This document shows, piece by piece, positions 12,501 through 22,744 of a DNA stretch of 64,000 nucleotides. Numbering within the stretch: the stretch's first letter is position 1; every line of letters begins with the position of its first letter. Both the position numbers and the translations under genes were made by a program. This stretch comes from Diplonema japonicum. Its lineage: Eukaryota; Protista; Euglenozoa: Diplonemea. The DNA lies in assembly GCA_964019335.1 (NCBI GenBank), contig OZ025710.1:310001-374000 (forward strand), given 5' to 3'. The notes under the pieces are model-generated. The model saw nothing but the letters and a program-made list of their open reading frames with translations. It was not told the origin of the DNA and searched no databases.

Positions 12501-15500
12501 CGAGGCAGACAAGATGTCGAAGACCCTCATCGGGCAACTGCAGAAGTTCATTGACGACGATAAGTTCAGCCCACTAGAAGTGAAGAAGGTCTCGGTGCCT
12601 TGCGCGGGAATGTGTCAGTGGGTGCATGCTATGTTTAAGTACTACCACGTGAATCTTGAAGTGGAACCCAAGCGACGAGAGCTGGAAGGAGCAGAGAAGG
12701 AGCTGAAAGTGGTGCAGGACGCGCTCAGTGTGACAAGGAAGAAGCTTGACGCTGTTGAAACGAAAATCGCGGAACTGCAGTCGAACTTCGACGCGGCAAT
12801 ATCAAAGCAGAAGGACCTGCAAGCAGAGGTTGCACAGACCGAGGCAAGGCTTGACCGTGCAGGGCGTCTAATCGACGGGCTGTCAGGTGAGAAGTCTCGT
12901 TGGATTGACTTAGTGTCAATGTACGAAAGCCAAGAAGAGAACGTTCTTGGGGACGTGCTCATAGCTTCAGGGTACGTGGCGTACCTCGGGCCGTACACGG
13001 CGGAGTACCGGCAGAGCATTGCGTTGAGGTGGATTCCGCAGCTCGACAAGCTTGGGTTGAAGCACAGCGAGAACTGCAGTCTGCTGTCGTGCTGTGCCGA
13101 CCCCGTCCAGATCCAGCAGTGGAACATCCAAGGCCTGCCTTCAGACAACCTCTCCACAGAGAACGCAATCATTCTGAGCAAGAACGCAAGGTGGCCGTTA
13201 ATGATCGACCCGCAGGGGCAGGCCAATGTGTGGATTAAGAACATGGAAGGCAAGGACGTGAGTGGACGCCCGCCGCTGGTGACGTGCAAGGTGTCCGACC
13301 CGAAGTACGCACAAGCGTTGGAAGGGGCCATCCGTCTAGGTGCAACATGCTTGCTTGAAAACGTTCAAGAGGATTTGGACCCGCTTCTGGAGCCCGTGCT
13401 GCTGACACAGACATACTTGGCAGGCTCGACACTGATGATGAAGCTGGGCGAAAACGCGATCCCTTACGACGACAGGTTCAAGCTCTTCATGACGACAAAG
13501 CTGCCAAACCCACACTACACACCAGAGACTTCTGTGAAGGTGTCATTGTTGAATTTCTTCATTACGCCTGGCGGTTTGGAGGATCAGTTGCTAGGAAAAC
13601 TTGTTGGTAAGGAACGGAAGGACCTCGAAGACCAGAAGAACAGCCTGACACAGCAGAACGCGGCAATGATGAAGGAGCTAAAAGAGCTGCAAGCGCTGAT
13701 CCTGCGAATGCTGCAGGAGTGCGAGGGTGAGATCCTCGACAACGAGGAGCTGATTGAAACCTTAGAAAAAAGTAAAGTAAAGTCGGCAGAGATCAACACT
13801 GCGGTAGCAGAGGCTAAGAAGACAGAAGTTGTTATTGACGAGACGCGTAACAAGTACCGTCCTGTGGCATTCCGAGCAGCGATACTGTTCTTCTGTGTGG
13901 CGGGATTGGCTGCGGTTGACCCTATGTACCAATACTCTCTTCAGTGGTTCATGAATATGTTTGTGAATGCAATTGACAAAGCAGAACAGGACTCTGTTCT
14001 TGAAACCCGTCTCAGTAACTTGATCGAGTATTTCACGTACAGCTTCTACACGAACGTCTGCAGGTCGCTCTTTGAACGGCACAAGCTGATCTTCTCATTC
14101 TGTCTCACGGTGGCCATCATCCGTCCTGAAGGAAAGGTGGACCACAATCTCTTCCGATTCTTCCTCACTGGTCCCACAGGACAGGGCGGCAACGCCCCCA
14201 ACCCTGCCCCCGATTGGGTCACGGAAGTGGTTTGGAACGACATCCAATTTATTTCAAACAATTTGGAGGCGTTCAAGGGGTTCGCAGAGCACTTCGCCAA
14301 CGAACACCACCACTACAGGAAGGTTTTCGACAGTTCGGAGCCGCACCTGCAAGCGATGCATGAACAGTGGGAGGAAAAGTTCGACCCGTTCATGAAGTTG
14401 GTCTTCTGCAGGGTCCTACGGGCTGACAAGGTCATCCTAGCCATCCAGCAATATGTAACCACATACCTGCCTGAGAAATACATAATCGCGCCCACCTTTG
14501 ACTTAGAATCGTCTTATAAGGACTCCGATCCTGCGACACCATTGATCTTCATCCTCTCGACGGGTGCTGACCCGATGGACGAGCTGCAGAAGTTCTCGAC
14601 AAAAATGCGGATGAACAACAAAATGCACCCTATCTCGCTGGGGCAGGGACAGGGTCCAAGAGCGCAGGCTTTGATGGCATCGGGTATCGAAAGAGGCACA
14701 TGGGTGGTCCTGCAGAACTGCCATCTGGCAACGTCGTGGATGCCCAAACTGGAGACGATAGTGGAAGGTTTCAACCCGGAGACGATGAAGAGGGAGTTCA
14801 GGTTGTGGCTGACTTCGATGCCCTCAAAAACCTTCCCTGTAAGTGTGCTGCAAATCGGGGTCAAGATGACCAACGAACCACCAAAGGGGCTGCGGGCAAA
14901 CCTCACGAGGAGCTACATCGGGTTTTCGGAAGACTTCCTGGAAGGGTCGAGCAAGCCCGACGAGTTTAAAAAACTACTGTTCTCGCTGTCATTATTCCAC
15001 GCCATCATCCAGGACAGGCGAGGGTACGGGTCGCTGGGCTTCAACATACCTTACGAGTTCAACGACTCGGATCTGAAGTGCTGCAACAGACAGTTGGACA
15101 AGTTCATCAACATGTATGACGAAGTACCCTTCCCGGTCCTGCACTTCTTGACTGGACACGTGAACTATGGAGGAAGAGTGACAGACGACTGGGACCGAAG
15201 GTGCTTGATGACACTTCTCGACGACTATATGGCTGAAAAGGTTCTTGAAAACGGTTACCAGTTCAGCCCGTCAGGAGTATACGAAACATTAACTGGCACG
15301 AACCGCACAGCCTATCTGGACTACCTTGAAACACGTCCTTTGAATGCAGCACCAGAAATGTTCGGGCTACATGACAATGCAGACATCACCTCTGCAAGGG
15401 CACGCACCTTCAACTTCCTTGAAACTGTGCTCCTTATGGAGTCTGGCGGGTCCTCTGCAGGCGGTAAATCGCGAGAGGAAATTCTTGCCGAAACTGCCTC

Positions 15501-16427
15501 TGATATCCTTTGCAAGATCCCACCCGAGTTCAACGTCAGGGAGGTCCAAGCCAAGTACCCTGTCACCTACAAAGAGTCCATGAACACGGTCCTTGTACAA
15601 GAAGCAGTGCGGTACAACAAGCTGCTTAAGATCTCTGCTCGCTCGTTGAAGGACTTCACCCGGGCGCTCCGTGGTGAGGTGGTGATGGCTGCTGACTTGG
15701 AGGAGCTTGGCAACTCTTTGTTTGTCAACCAGGTGTGAGGGAAAACTTTAAAAGAAAGAAAAAAAAAAGAAAAAAAAAATACCCAAGGTCCCAACAAAAT
15801 GGGCGTCTGCAGCATACCCATCGTTGAAGAGCTTGTCGGATTGGGTGAAGGATCTGCTGTGTCGGGTTAAGTTCATCAAGGTTTGTTTGTTTTTTCTCGA
15901 ACACAAAAATAAAATTAAAAAAAAAATTAATAATAATAAAACAGGACTGGTACGAGCAAGGGCACCCTGTGGTGTACTGGTTGTCTGGATTCTACTTCCC
16001 GCAGGCATTCATGACAGGTAGCAAGCAGAATTTTGCTAGAGCAATGCAAATCTCCATTGACACTGTTTCCTTTAACACCCTAGTACTGGCCGAGGACAAT
16101 CCCGATAAGCGTCCTGAGCATGGAACCTACGTGAACGGTTTGTTCATGGAGGGTGCAAGGTGGGACAAGTCGCAGAGCAGCGTCATTGAGTCTCGCCCCA
16201 AGGAGCTTTACACTACCATGCCTCCCTTCTGGTTCCAACCTGTGCAACATCGTAAACCTCCAGAAAGCCAGTACCACTGTCCCTTGTACAAAACACTGAC
16301 CAGGGCAGGCACGCTCTCAACGACTGGGCACTCCACGAATTTCGTAATGACACTTGAGATCCCTATTGACATAAGCGAAGCTCACTGGATCAAACGAGGG
16401 GTTGCGTGCGTGCTCGCACTGACTTAG
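3544..16427 (+). CDS. DNAH1: Axonemal inner-arm dynein heavy chain, DNAH1-like, ~4197 aa; exons 3544-10072, 10112-10233, 10282-11739, 11787-11855, 11893-15732, 15788-15880, 15945-16427
   Basis: P-loops GPAGTGKTET, GQAGGGKT, GPTGTGKT, GVGGSGR; CFDEFNR; C-terminal HWIKRGVA. N-terminal LPLEIFDNTSFDPRTPDEW is typical of DNAH1. Six GT-AG introns restore frame and conserved text (FSAQT..WGPPVGK-MFVIFVDD; YVTPTSYL; AAYPSLK; VYWLSGF). Start taken at the A-tract-preceded ATG 3544. Confidence 0.93.
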
Positions 16428-16719
16428 GATGAATGGAAGAGAGAAAAGGAAACAAAAAAAAAAGTTTTTTTTTTTTTTAAACCGACCTTGTTTATTACCA
16501 TTAAGTTTAACATTTTTTTTTCCATGTTTATTTTCTTCTTTTTTTTTGTGGGGGCTTTCATTTTTGTGTATTTTTTTAGTTCTCCTCCCCCCCCTTTTTT
16601 TTTCTTTCGAGATCTTCCCAGGGATCTCGTAGAAAAATTAAAATTAAAAAAAACCCCCGCTGGTAGTTTCAGCAGAAAATAAAAAAGAAGGTGGAGGGGA
16701 GGGGGGGGGGGGGAGACCA

Positions 16720-19083
16720 ATGCGCAGCTACAGCAAATCAAAAGTTCATGTCCCAGCTCCGCCGGATATGGAAAGGTTGCGGAAGGCTGCCAGCAAGGCG
16801 AGGCTGATCTCTGTAAGGATGAAGGCGAGCCAGAACACCGACGAACTAAAAGGAGAAGTCCGACAAATGGAAATGATGGTGTCCGGCGCTGTAGCAATTA
16901 TCCAATGCGTATACCTTCACGTCAGCGTGAGCTCGCTGGAGATGCAAGAAAGATGGACCATCGAGCTGTTCGAAGAAGAACAACGAGCCATCGTTTCAAA
17001 CATGACAAGCACGATGACACAACGGTGCAGATTTGACGGGTTCATCGCAGAACTACACACCAGGGGACAGTGCAAAATACGCGAAAACTTCCAACCACTT
17101 CTCGAGGCCAACCCGACATCTTTCTCCAGGCTCGTCTATTGCAGCGCTGCACAATTCGGGTTCACAGAAGACATCCTTACCCGTATCACCACGAATGCTA
17201 TCCAGAAAAACCAAAAAGTAAACATCACAGGCCACATTCTGTACGTCCCACCGTTTCTCTTCCAGGTTCTGGAAGGCACCGCCGAGAATGTTTGCAGTCT
17301 GTTCGAAACGCTGTGGGCTGACGACAGGCACCACACTGTTTCGTTGGTGAGCTTTACCCGCGTGCAGACGAGAATATTTCAAGACCATATGAAGTGCACG
17401 GTGATCCACCCCTTCCACGGTTTGAAGGGGTCGGTGGTGGTCTCGATATTCCAAAACGTCGGGCACCGGTTCATGACAAAACAAATGTACGCTAGTAAAA
17501 CCCGCGACGTTCCCTGGCGACACACCCGAACGGTTCTTGTCATCGTGTTCGTCTTTTCATTCCAACCCGAGAAACTCGAGGTGGTACTGGACCCCGTCAT
17601 CGAACTGATCCGAAAGTACAAAGGCGAAATTCTTAAAGCAGACGCCGACCGTATAACAGCAGTTTCGGAGGATACCAACACGAACTTCGTTGAGCTCGGT
17701 ACGGCGGTCTGTGATGCGGTTAGCACGCTGATAACAGATTGCAGGTTCGGCCTCGCAAAGGGTAGGATCACTAGAGTGCCGATTGAGTCAAGGATACACG
17801 TGGGCACATGTATCGATCGTGCCACGTTTCTCGCTTCGAAGGCGAAGAATTCGCAATGGTCGGCCATCGTTGACACGTCAGCTTCATACCTGCTACCGCA
17901 GCCTCGGAGCACAGTGGACAGCGTGCCCAATGCATTCCTCATAGAGAAGGATTGCTTGGCATCAACGGTCACAGCAGCCATACCTTTAATCACATTTCCC
18001 GAACTGCCTGTTGTCGCATCGGAGTCTTTAGTCAGACTCACTTACGTGTCCTGCTCCAAGTCCATCGACATCGCCGCTGAGATGTACAACTTCATCCATT
18101 CAAAAAACTCTTTTATCGCTGACAAGATGATCCTCATGAAATCTGCGGACTGTCGGATCATCTTGCACATCATGGAAGGGACGCTTTCGGAGCTGCTGGA
18201 CCTCTACGCGCTGATACGGAAGAACAAGCTTCATAAATACTGCTTCCAGACATCGATAACGCCTTTGAAGGAGTTGATCTTTTCCTCAGAGTATGCTCCG
18301 CTGCAGGTTGTATCAGGGGATCATTGGTGTCCCATTCTGAAGGTGTTGATCAAGGTTGTGTCCAAAACGGACCACAGCTGCCCCGAGGTGCTGAAAAAGC
18401 TGGCTGCCGCGAACCAAGCACCGTCGGCGGTGGGGATCATCCCTATGGGGCGGCAGATTTTCGCAACGATAATCCCGGTGTGCTGCAGTATTCAAGGGCT
18501 GTGTGAATGTTACAGACAGCTTGTGGCGAAGCAAAACGAGACCTGGGTCGAAGTGATTGAAATTTCGCAAAGATTTGTCATTGCATGCCGGGAAGGCTAT
18601 ATCGTCAGGTTGATACACCTATGCGTGTATTTCGCAGGGATTATCAAGAAGATACCTCGGGCGTGGTGCGCTATTGGGGTTGCAACAGGCCGGGGTTTGT
18701 CAGGTCACATCGGGAAGGCAAATCCGATTTTCTTCATCTCGGGTGAGGCTCCAGAGCGTTCCCACACCATGGCTTCTTGGGTCATAAACAAGCCAAACTC
18801 CCATGGATCCTGCATGCTTATCTGTACGACTTCTGCTGCCCTTGCACGTCTCACCGCCCCCGAGGACACCATTGTGGGTATCGGCTCCATGGGGCTGCAC
18901 GCCCTTCCGACTTGGAATGTCTATTCTGTTGATCACCCTAACACCGATACAATCTCACGGAGTTTGTCGTCTACCTACTATCTTGTCCCGAGGCCGCTGG
19001 TGAAGTGCCTTCCGGAGGTTATGAGTGCAGACAATTACGTGCCAAAGGCACCATGGATGGTGCCTGGAAAAAAGAAGAAATAA
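16720..19083 (+). CDS. BLUF-domain flavoprotein with BLUF/cyclase-like/BLUF/cyclase-like (PAC-type) architecture, 787 aa
   Basis: BLUF1 RLVYCS..KNQKVNITGHILY..FQVLEG..V..LFETLWADDRH. Second BLUF-like RLTYVS..ILHIMEG..L..LY..I. Cyclase-like segments GEILKADADRI/CRFGLAKG and CAIGVATG..SGHIG..FFISGEA. Confidence 0.8.
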   Translation: MRSYSKSKVHVPAPPDMERLRKAASKARLISVRMKASQNTDELKGEVRQMEMMVSGAVAIIQCVYLHVSVSSLEMQERWTIELFEEEQRAIVSNMTSTMTQRCRFDGFIAELHTRGQCKIRENFQPLLEANPTSFSRLVYCSAAQFGFTEDILTRITTNAIQKNQKVNITGHILYVPPFLFQVLEGTAENVCSLFETLWADDRHHTVSLVSFTRVQTRIFQDHMKCTVIHPFHGLKGSVVVSIFQNVGHRFMTKQMYASKTRDVPWRHTRTVLVIVFVFSFQPEKLEVVLDPVIELIRKYKGEILKADADRITAVSEDTNTNFVELGTAVCDAVSTLITDCRFGLAKGRITRVPIESRIHVGTCIDRATFLASKAKNSQWSAIVDTSASYLLPQPRSTVDSVPNAFLIEKDCLASTVTAAIPLITFPELPVVASESLVRLTYVSCSKSIDIAAEMYNFIHSKNSFIADKMILMKSADCRIILHIMEGTLSELLDLYALIRKNKLHKYCFQTSITPLKELIFSSEYAPLQVVSGDHWCPILKVLIKVVSKTDHSCPEVLKKLAAANQAPSAVGIIPMGRQIFATIIPVCCSIQGLCECYRQLVAKQNETWVEVIEISQRFVIACREGYIVRLIHLCVYFAGIIKKIPRAWCAIGVATGRGLSGHIGKANPIFFISGEAPERSHTMASWVINKPNSHGSCMLICTTSAALARLTAPEDTIVGIGSMGLHALPTWNVYSVDHPNTDTISRSLSSTYYLVPRPLVKCLPEVMSADNYVPKAPWMVPGKKKK

Positions 19084-19300
19084 CAAAAAAAAAATCTTTT
19101 TTTTCTTTCTAGAAAAAAGTTTTGGTTTTGTTGTCTCTCCCCCCCCTCCCCCACCCCGCGACTATCGTGTAAAAATGTCCTTGAATAGTTTTACCAAAAA
19201 AAGAGAAAAAAAAACAAGTTAAATGCGCCGAGCCATTAAGAAAACAGGATAGGGGGATAAAAACCAACCTTAATATGTAATTGGTGAAGAAAGAAGAAGC

Positions 19301-21118
19301 ATGCAAACACGTTCGATAGAAGTCCTAAAGGGGACAAGATTGCCGGAGTATGAACACCGTTCAGGCTGCTCACGGGTGCACCACAGCATGGTGAGTTTCA
19401 GGAGGAGTGTGTACCTGTATGGGGGACACGAAGCGGAGAGTGGGATAATACAGCAAAACGTTGTATGGAGGTACAACCTGGAAAAAAGCAGATGGAGCAG
19501 CTTGGGAGGGGTCGTAGCGGGAAGAAAATACGTGAAACGAGAAGGCCACACAGCAGTGATTTGGAAGACTGGGATGTACGTGTTCGGCGGCCACCGAGGG
19601 GTGTCCTTCTGCAGCGATATGCAAAAATTCGATCTCGAGTCCTTTAAGTGGGAAAAAGTAGAAGAGACAAAGGGTTCAGTGGTGGCTTCGCCACGGTTCG
19701 GCCATGCCGCCCTTGTTTACGACGACAAGATGTGGGTTGCTGGTGGGTTTTTGAAAGAGGACGCACCATCTGTTGTGGCATGCTTTTCGCTTTTATGGAA
19801 AACCTGGCACCACGTGGTCACACCAGAGTCCATCAGAACCAACGCGCACTCGCAGCCGATCATGGCGCAGCATGACGGTAGGCTGTACATTATCGGATTG
19901 TACCAAGAGGCAAGCCGATCCACAGACATATGTATTTACCACATTACAACCGAGCAGTGGATTGAGATCAAAGGGTCTGGGATACCCCCAGATTCGCTGC
20001 ATTCTTGCGGTCACATGTACACCTCACCCGTGCATCATCCGCGAGCTCGGAAGCTTTACGTGTTCATGGCGTCGTCGAAGCGGAAAACCTCATTTGGGTC
20101 CGACATGTCTGTCGCTGCGCTGCCGTATTGTTTGGATATTAGCTCCATGGTGTGGTCGCTGGTGAGGATCGAAGCGTTCAGGCTTCCAAAGACAACACCC
20201 ACGACGGCGTATGACGTGAAGTTCACGACCTGTTTGGTGCAGGACAGGATCCTTATCAATGGGGGCATCGGGTCCGAACACTTCTTCGCAGCGTTCACAC
20301 CCGCTGTTGAGGTTGTGAAGGAACCCACCCCACCTGCAAAGGTCTTGGTATCTCAACCGCACCAAAGGAGGTCCGGGAGGCCATCAGAAGAGGACACACA
20401 GTTCGATGTCGGGTTTGTGAAGGAAATCACGTATCCAGCCACAGTGTTCGTGGACTCGTCAACCCCTGTGCTGAAGTTAGGAACACCAGAGGAGATACGA
20501 GCCTGGCAAGACGCAACCTACGCACAGCAACGGGGGTGGCTTTTAGCTCAATTCAACGATGTGAAGCAAGATGACTCCCGCCGAAAAATTGCGGAAAAAC
20601 CCGTCAAGCCAGACACAGTGGATGCGAGCAGGTTCGCTGCAGGACGAACAGCAAGGGGAATGCGGCAAACAGGAGAGCAGCTGCAGGAAAGGTTTCAGAA
20701 ACCACGAGTCACGTCCCAGTCATCTGACAAAGACATCCTGGGCATGAAGCTTGGCATGGGGCTGTTCGTGAAACGATCAGATATAACACTTCCCTGCGAC
20801 AAAGCCATCGTGCCGAAAAAACCTGCAACGCTGTGGGGCGGATTGAGGAGGGTGTTTGCAGGTGCGGTTGGCTTCAAAGCAGCAACTTCAACTGAACAAA
20901 GATTGAAAAGGGCATCTTTGTTCCCAACCACGGACGCAGCGGACGACCTGGACCCACCCCCCACAAAGCAGGGGGACATCAGCGAGGTTGTGACCTCGGT
21001 TGCGTTCTTCATTGATTCGGTGAAGGATCTCGGGCTCATACCGCAGCCCCCCACCGGCCATGAGCTCCAAAAAGCAATACAAACATCTGCAATATCACAT
21101 GACCCTCATCTGCTGTAA
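19301..21118 (+). CDS. Kelch-repeat protein, 605 aa
   Basis: Repeated R.HH/REGH/RFGH...Y.FGG motifs (VYLYGG, MYVFGG, MWVAGG, ILINGG) in the N-terminal half; intronless ORF. Confidence 0.85.
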   Translation: MQTRSIEVLKGTRLPEYEHRSGCSRVHHSMVSFRRSVYLYGGHEAESGIIQQNVVWRYNLEKSRWSSLGGVVAGRKYVKREGHTAVIWKTGMYVFGGHRGVSFCSDMQKFDLESFKWEKVEETKGSVVASPRFGHAALVYDDKMWVAGGFLKEDAPSVVACFSLLWKTWHHVVTPESIRTNAHSQPIMAQHDGRLYIIGLYQEASRSTDICIYHITTEQWIEIKGSGIPPDSLHSCGHMYTSPVHHPRARKLYVFMASSKRKTSFGSDMSVAALPYCLDISSMVWSLVRIEAFRLPKTTPTTAYDVKFTTCLVQDRILINGGIGSEHFFAAFTPAVEVVKEPTPPAKVLVSQPHQRRSGRPSEEDTQFDVGFVKEITYPATVFVDSSTPVLKLGTPEEIRAWQDATYAQQRGWLLAQFNDVKQDDSRRKIAEKPVKPDTVDASRFAAGRTARGMRQTGEQLQERFQKPRVTSQSSDKDILGMKLGMGLFVKRSDITLPCDKAIVPKKPATLWGGLRRVFAGAVGFKAATSTEQRLKRASLFPTTDAADDLDPPPTKQGDISEVVTSVAFFIDSVKDLGLIPQPPTGHELQKAIQTSAISHDPHLL

Positions 21119-21264
21119 AGGAGAAGTACTGTCGCTGGTCTTCGGATGCCAGCCCTTCACCCCCTTCTTTTTTTTACTCCCCTGCACTTTGTTTTATGTT
21201 GTATTCAGTCACTACTCACCACCCACTCTAAGACAGCTTTTAATTACTAAAACCCCAACACAAA

Positions 21265-21778
21265 ATGGCCGCCGCCGCTGGTATGGACAAGGAGAAGTAC
21301 GAGGAGCTGAAGAAGAAGAGGCAGTTCAAGAAGTTCACCTACCGTGGTATTGAGACCGATGACCTTCTGAAGCTCTCCAACGACGAGCTGTCCGAGCTTG
21401 TGTGCGCCCGTGCCAGGAGGAGGTTCCAGAGGGGTCTGAAGAGGAAGCCTATGGCGCTTATCAAGAAGCTCCGCAAGGCCAAGAAGGACACCCCCATTGG
21501 TGAGAAGCCTCCTGTATGTTTAAATAGTTTTATTTATTTATTTACTTACCCACCCCACACAGCACATCAAGACCCACCTCCGTAACATGATCATCGTGCC
21601 TGAGATGATCGGTTCGATCGTTGCTGTGTACAACGGTAAGGTGTTCAACTCCGTTGAGGTGAAGGGTGACATGGTGGGCCACTACCTTGGCGAATTCTCG
21701 ATCTCCTACAAGCCCGTGACCCACGGTAGGCCCGGTATCGGTGCCACCCACTCTTCCCGTTTCATCCCCCTCAAGTAG
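21265..21778 (+). CDS. RPS15: 40S ribosomal protein S15 (uS19), copy 1; exons 21265-21513, 21563-21778, 154 aa
   Basis: [26 protein letters not shown]|[51 protein letters not shown]; 49-nt GTATGT..CAG intron. Confidence 0.97.
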
Positions 21779-21962
21779 AAGTCTTTATCATCAAAAGAGG
21801 GATATGGGAAGATTGCTTGGGGTACCAGCAACCTTCTTTTTTTTCTTTAGTAATTGAAAATTAAAAAAAAAAAAAAAAAAAACATTCTTTGGTGTTGATT
21901 ATTGTGCAAACAATGAATTATATCTGGTAGGTTAGGTTAATCCAAAAAAAAAAAGAGAAAAA

Positions 21963-22476
21963 ATGGCCGCCGCCGCTGGTATGGACAAGGAGAAGTACGA
22001 GGAGCTGAAGAAGAAGAGGCAGTTCAAGAAGTTCACCTACCGTGGTATTGAGACCGATGACCTTCTGAAGCTCTCCAACGACGAGCTGTCCGAGCTTGTG
22101 TGCGCCCGTGCCAGGAGGAGGTTCCAGAGGGGTCTGAAGAGGAAGCCTATGGCGCTTATCAAGAAGCTCCGCAAGGCCAAGAAGGACACCCCCATTGGTG
22201 AGAAGCCTCCTGTATGTTTAAATAGTTTTATTTATTTATTTACTTACCCACCCCACACAGCACATCAAGACCCACCTCCGTAACATGATCATCGTGCCTG
22301 AGATGATCGGTTCGATCGTTGCTGTGTACAACGGTAAGGTGTTCAACTCCGTTGAGGTGAAGGGTGACATGGTGGGCCACTACCTTGGCGAATTCTCGAT
22401 CTCCTACAAGCCCGTGACCCACGGTAGGCCCGGTATCGGTGCCACCCACTCTTCCCGTTTCATCCCCCTCAAGTAG
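21963..22476 (+). CDS. RPS15: 40S ribosomal protein S15 (uS19), copy 2; exons 21963-22211, 22261-22476
   Basis: Appears identical to copy 1, intron included, at offset 698. Confidence 0.97.
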
Positions 22477-22744
22477 AAGCTGTGGAGAGAACAGAGAAGA
22501 AAGAAAAAAAAAAAAAAAGGGATATCAAAGACAAGTGTCAAATATCAAATTTTTTTTTATTCAATCTATTTTTTTTTTTTTTTTAAACCGTCTTTGTGTG
22601 CTCCTTTTTCTTGGGGGGAGACTCAAAAACACCACATTTTTACAGTTGGGCCCCTCGAAGACGAGAGTTTTCTATTTAAAAACACAAAAAAAAAATAAAT
22701 AAAAAAAATCATACACACACACCTCTCTAATCTTAAATGAATGT

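Noticed and set aside
10073-15944. Dynein split into four ORFs, suggesting frameshifts, stop readthrough or a pseudogene
   Set aside because: Six ordinary GT-AG introns restore a full-length frame. TAA, TAG and TGA all act as normal stops in the window.
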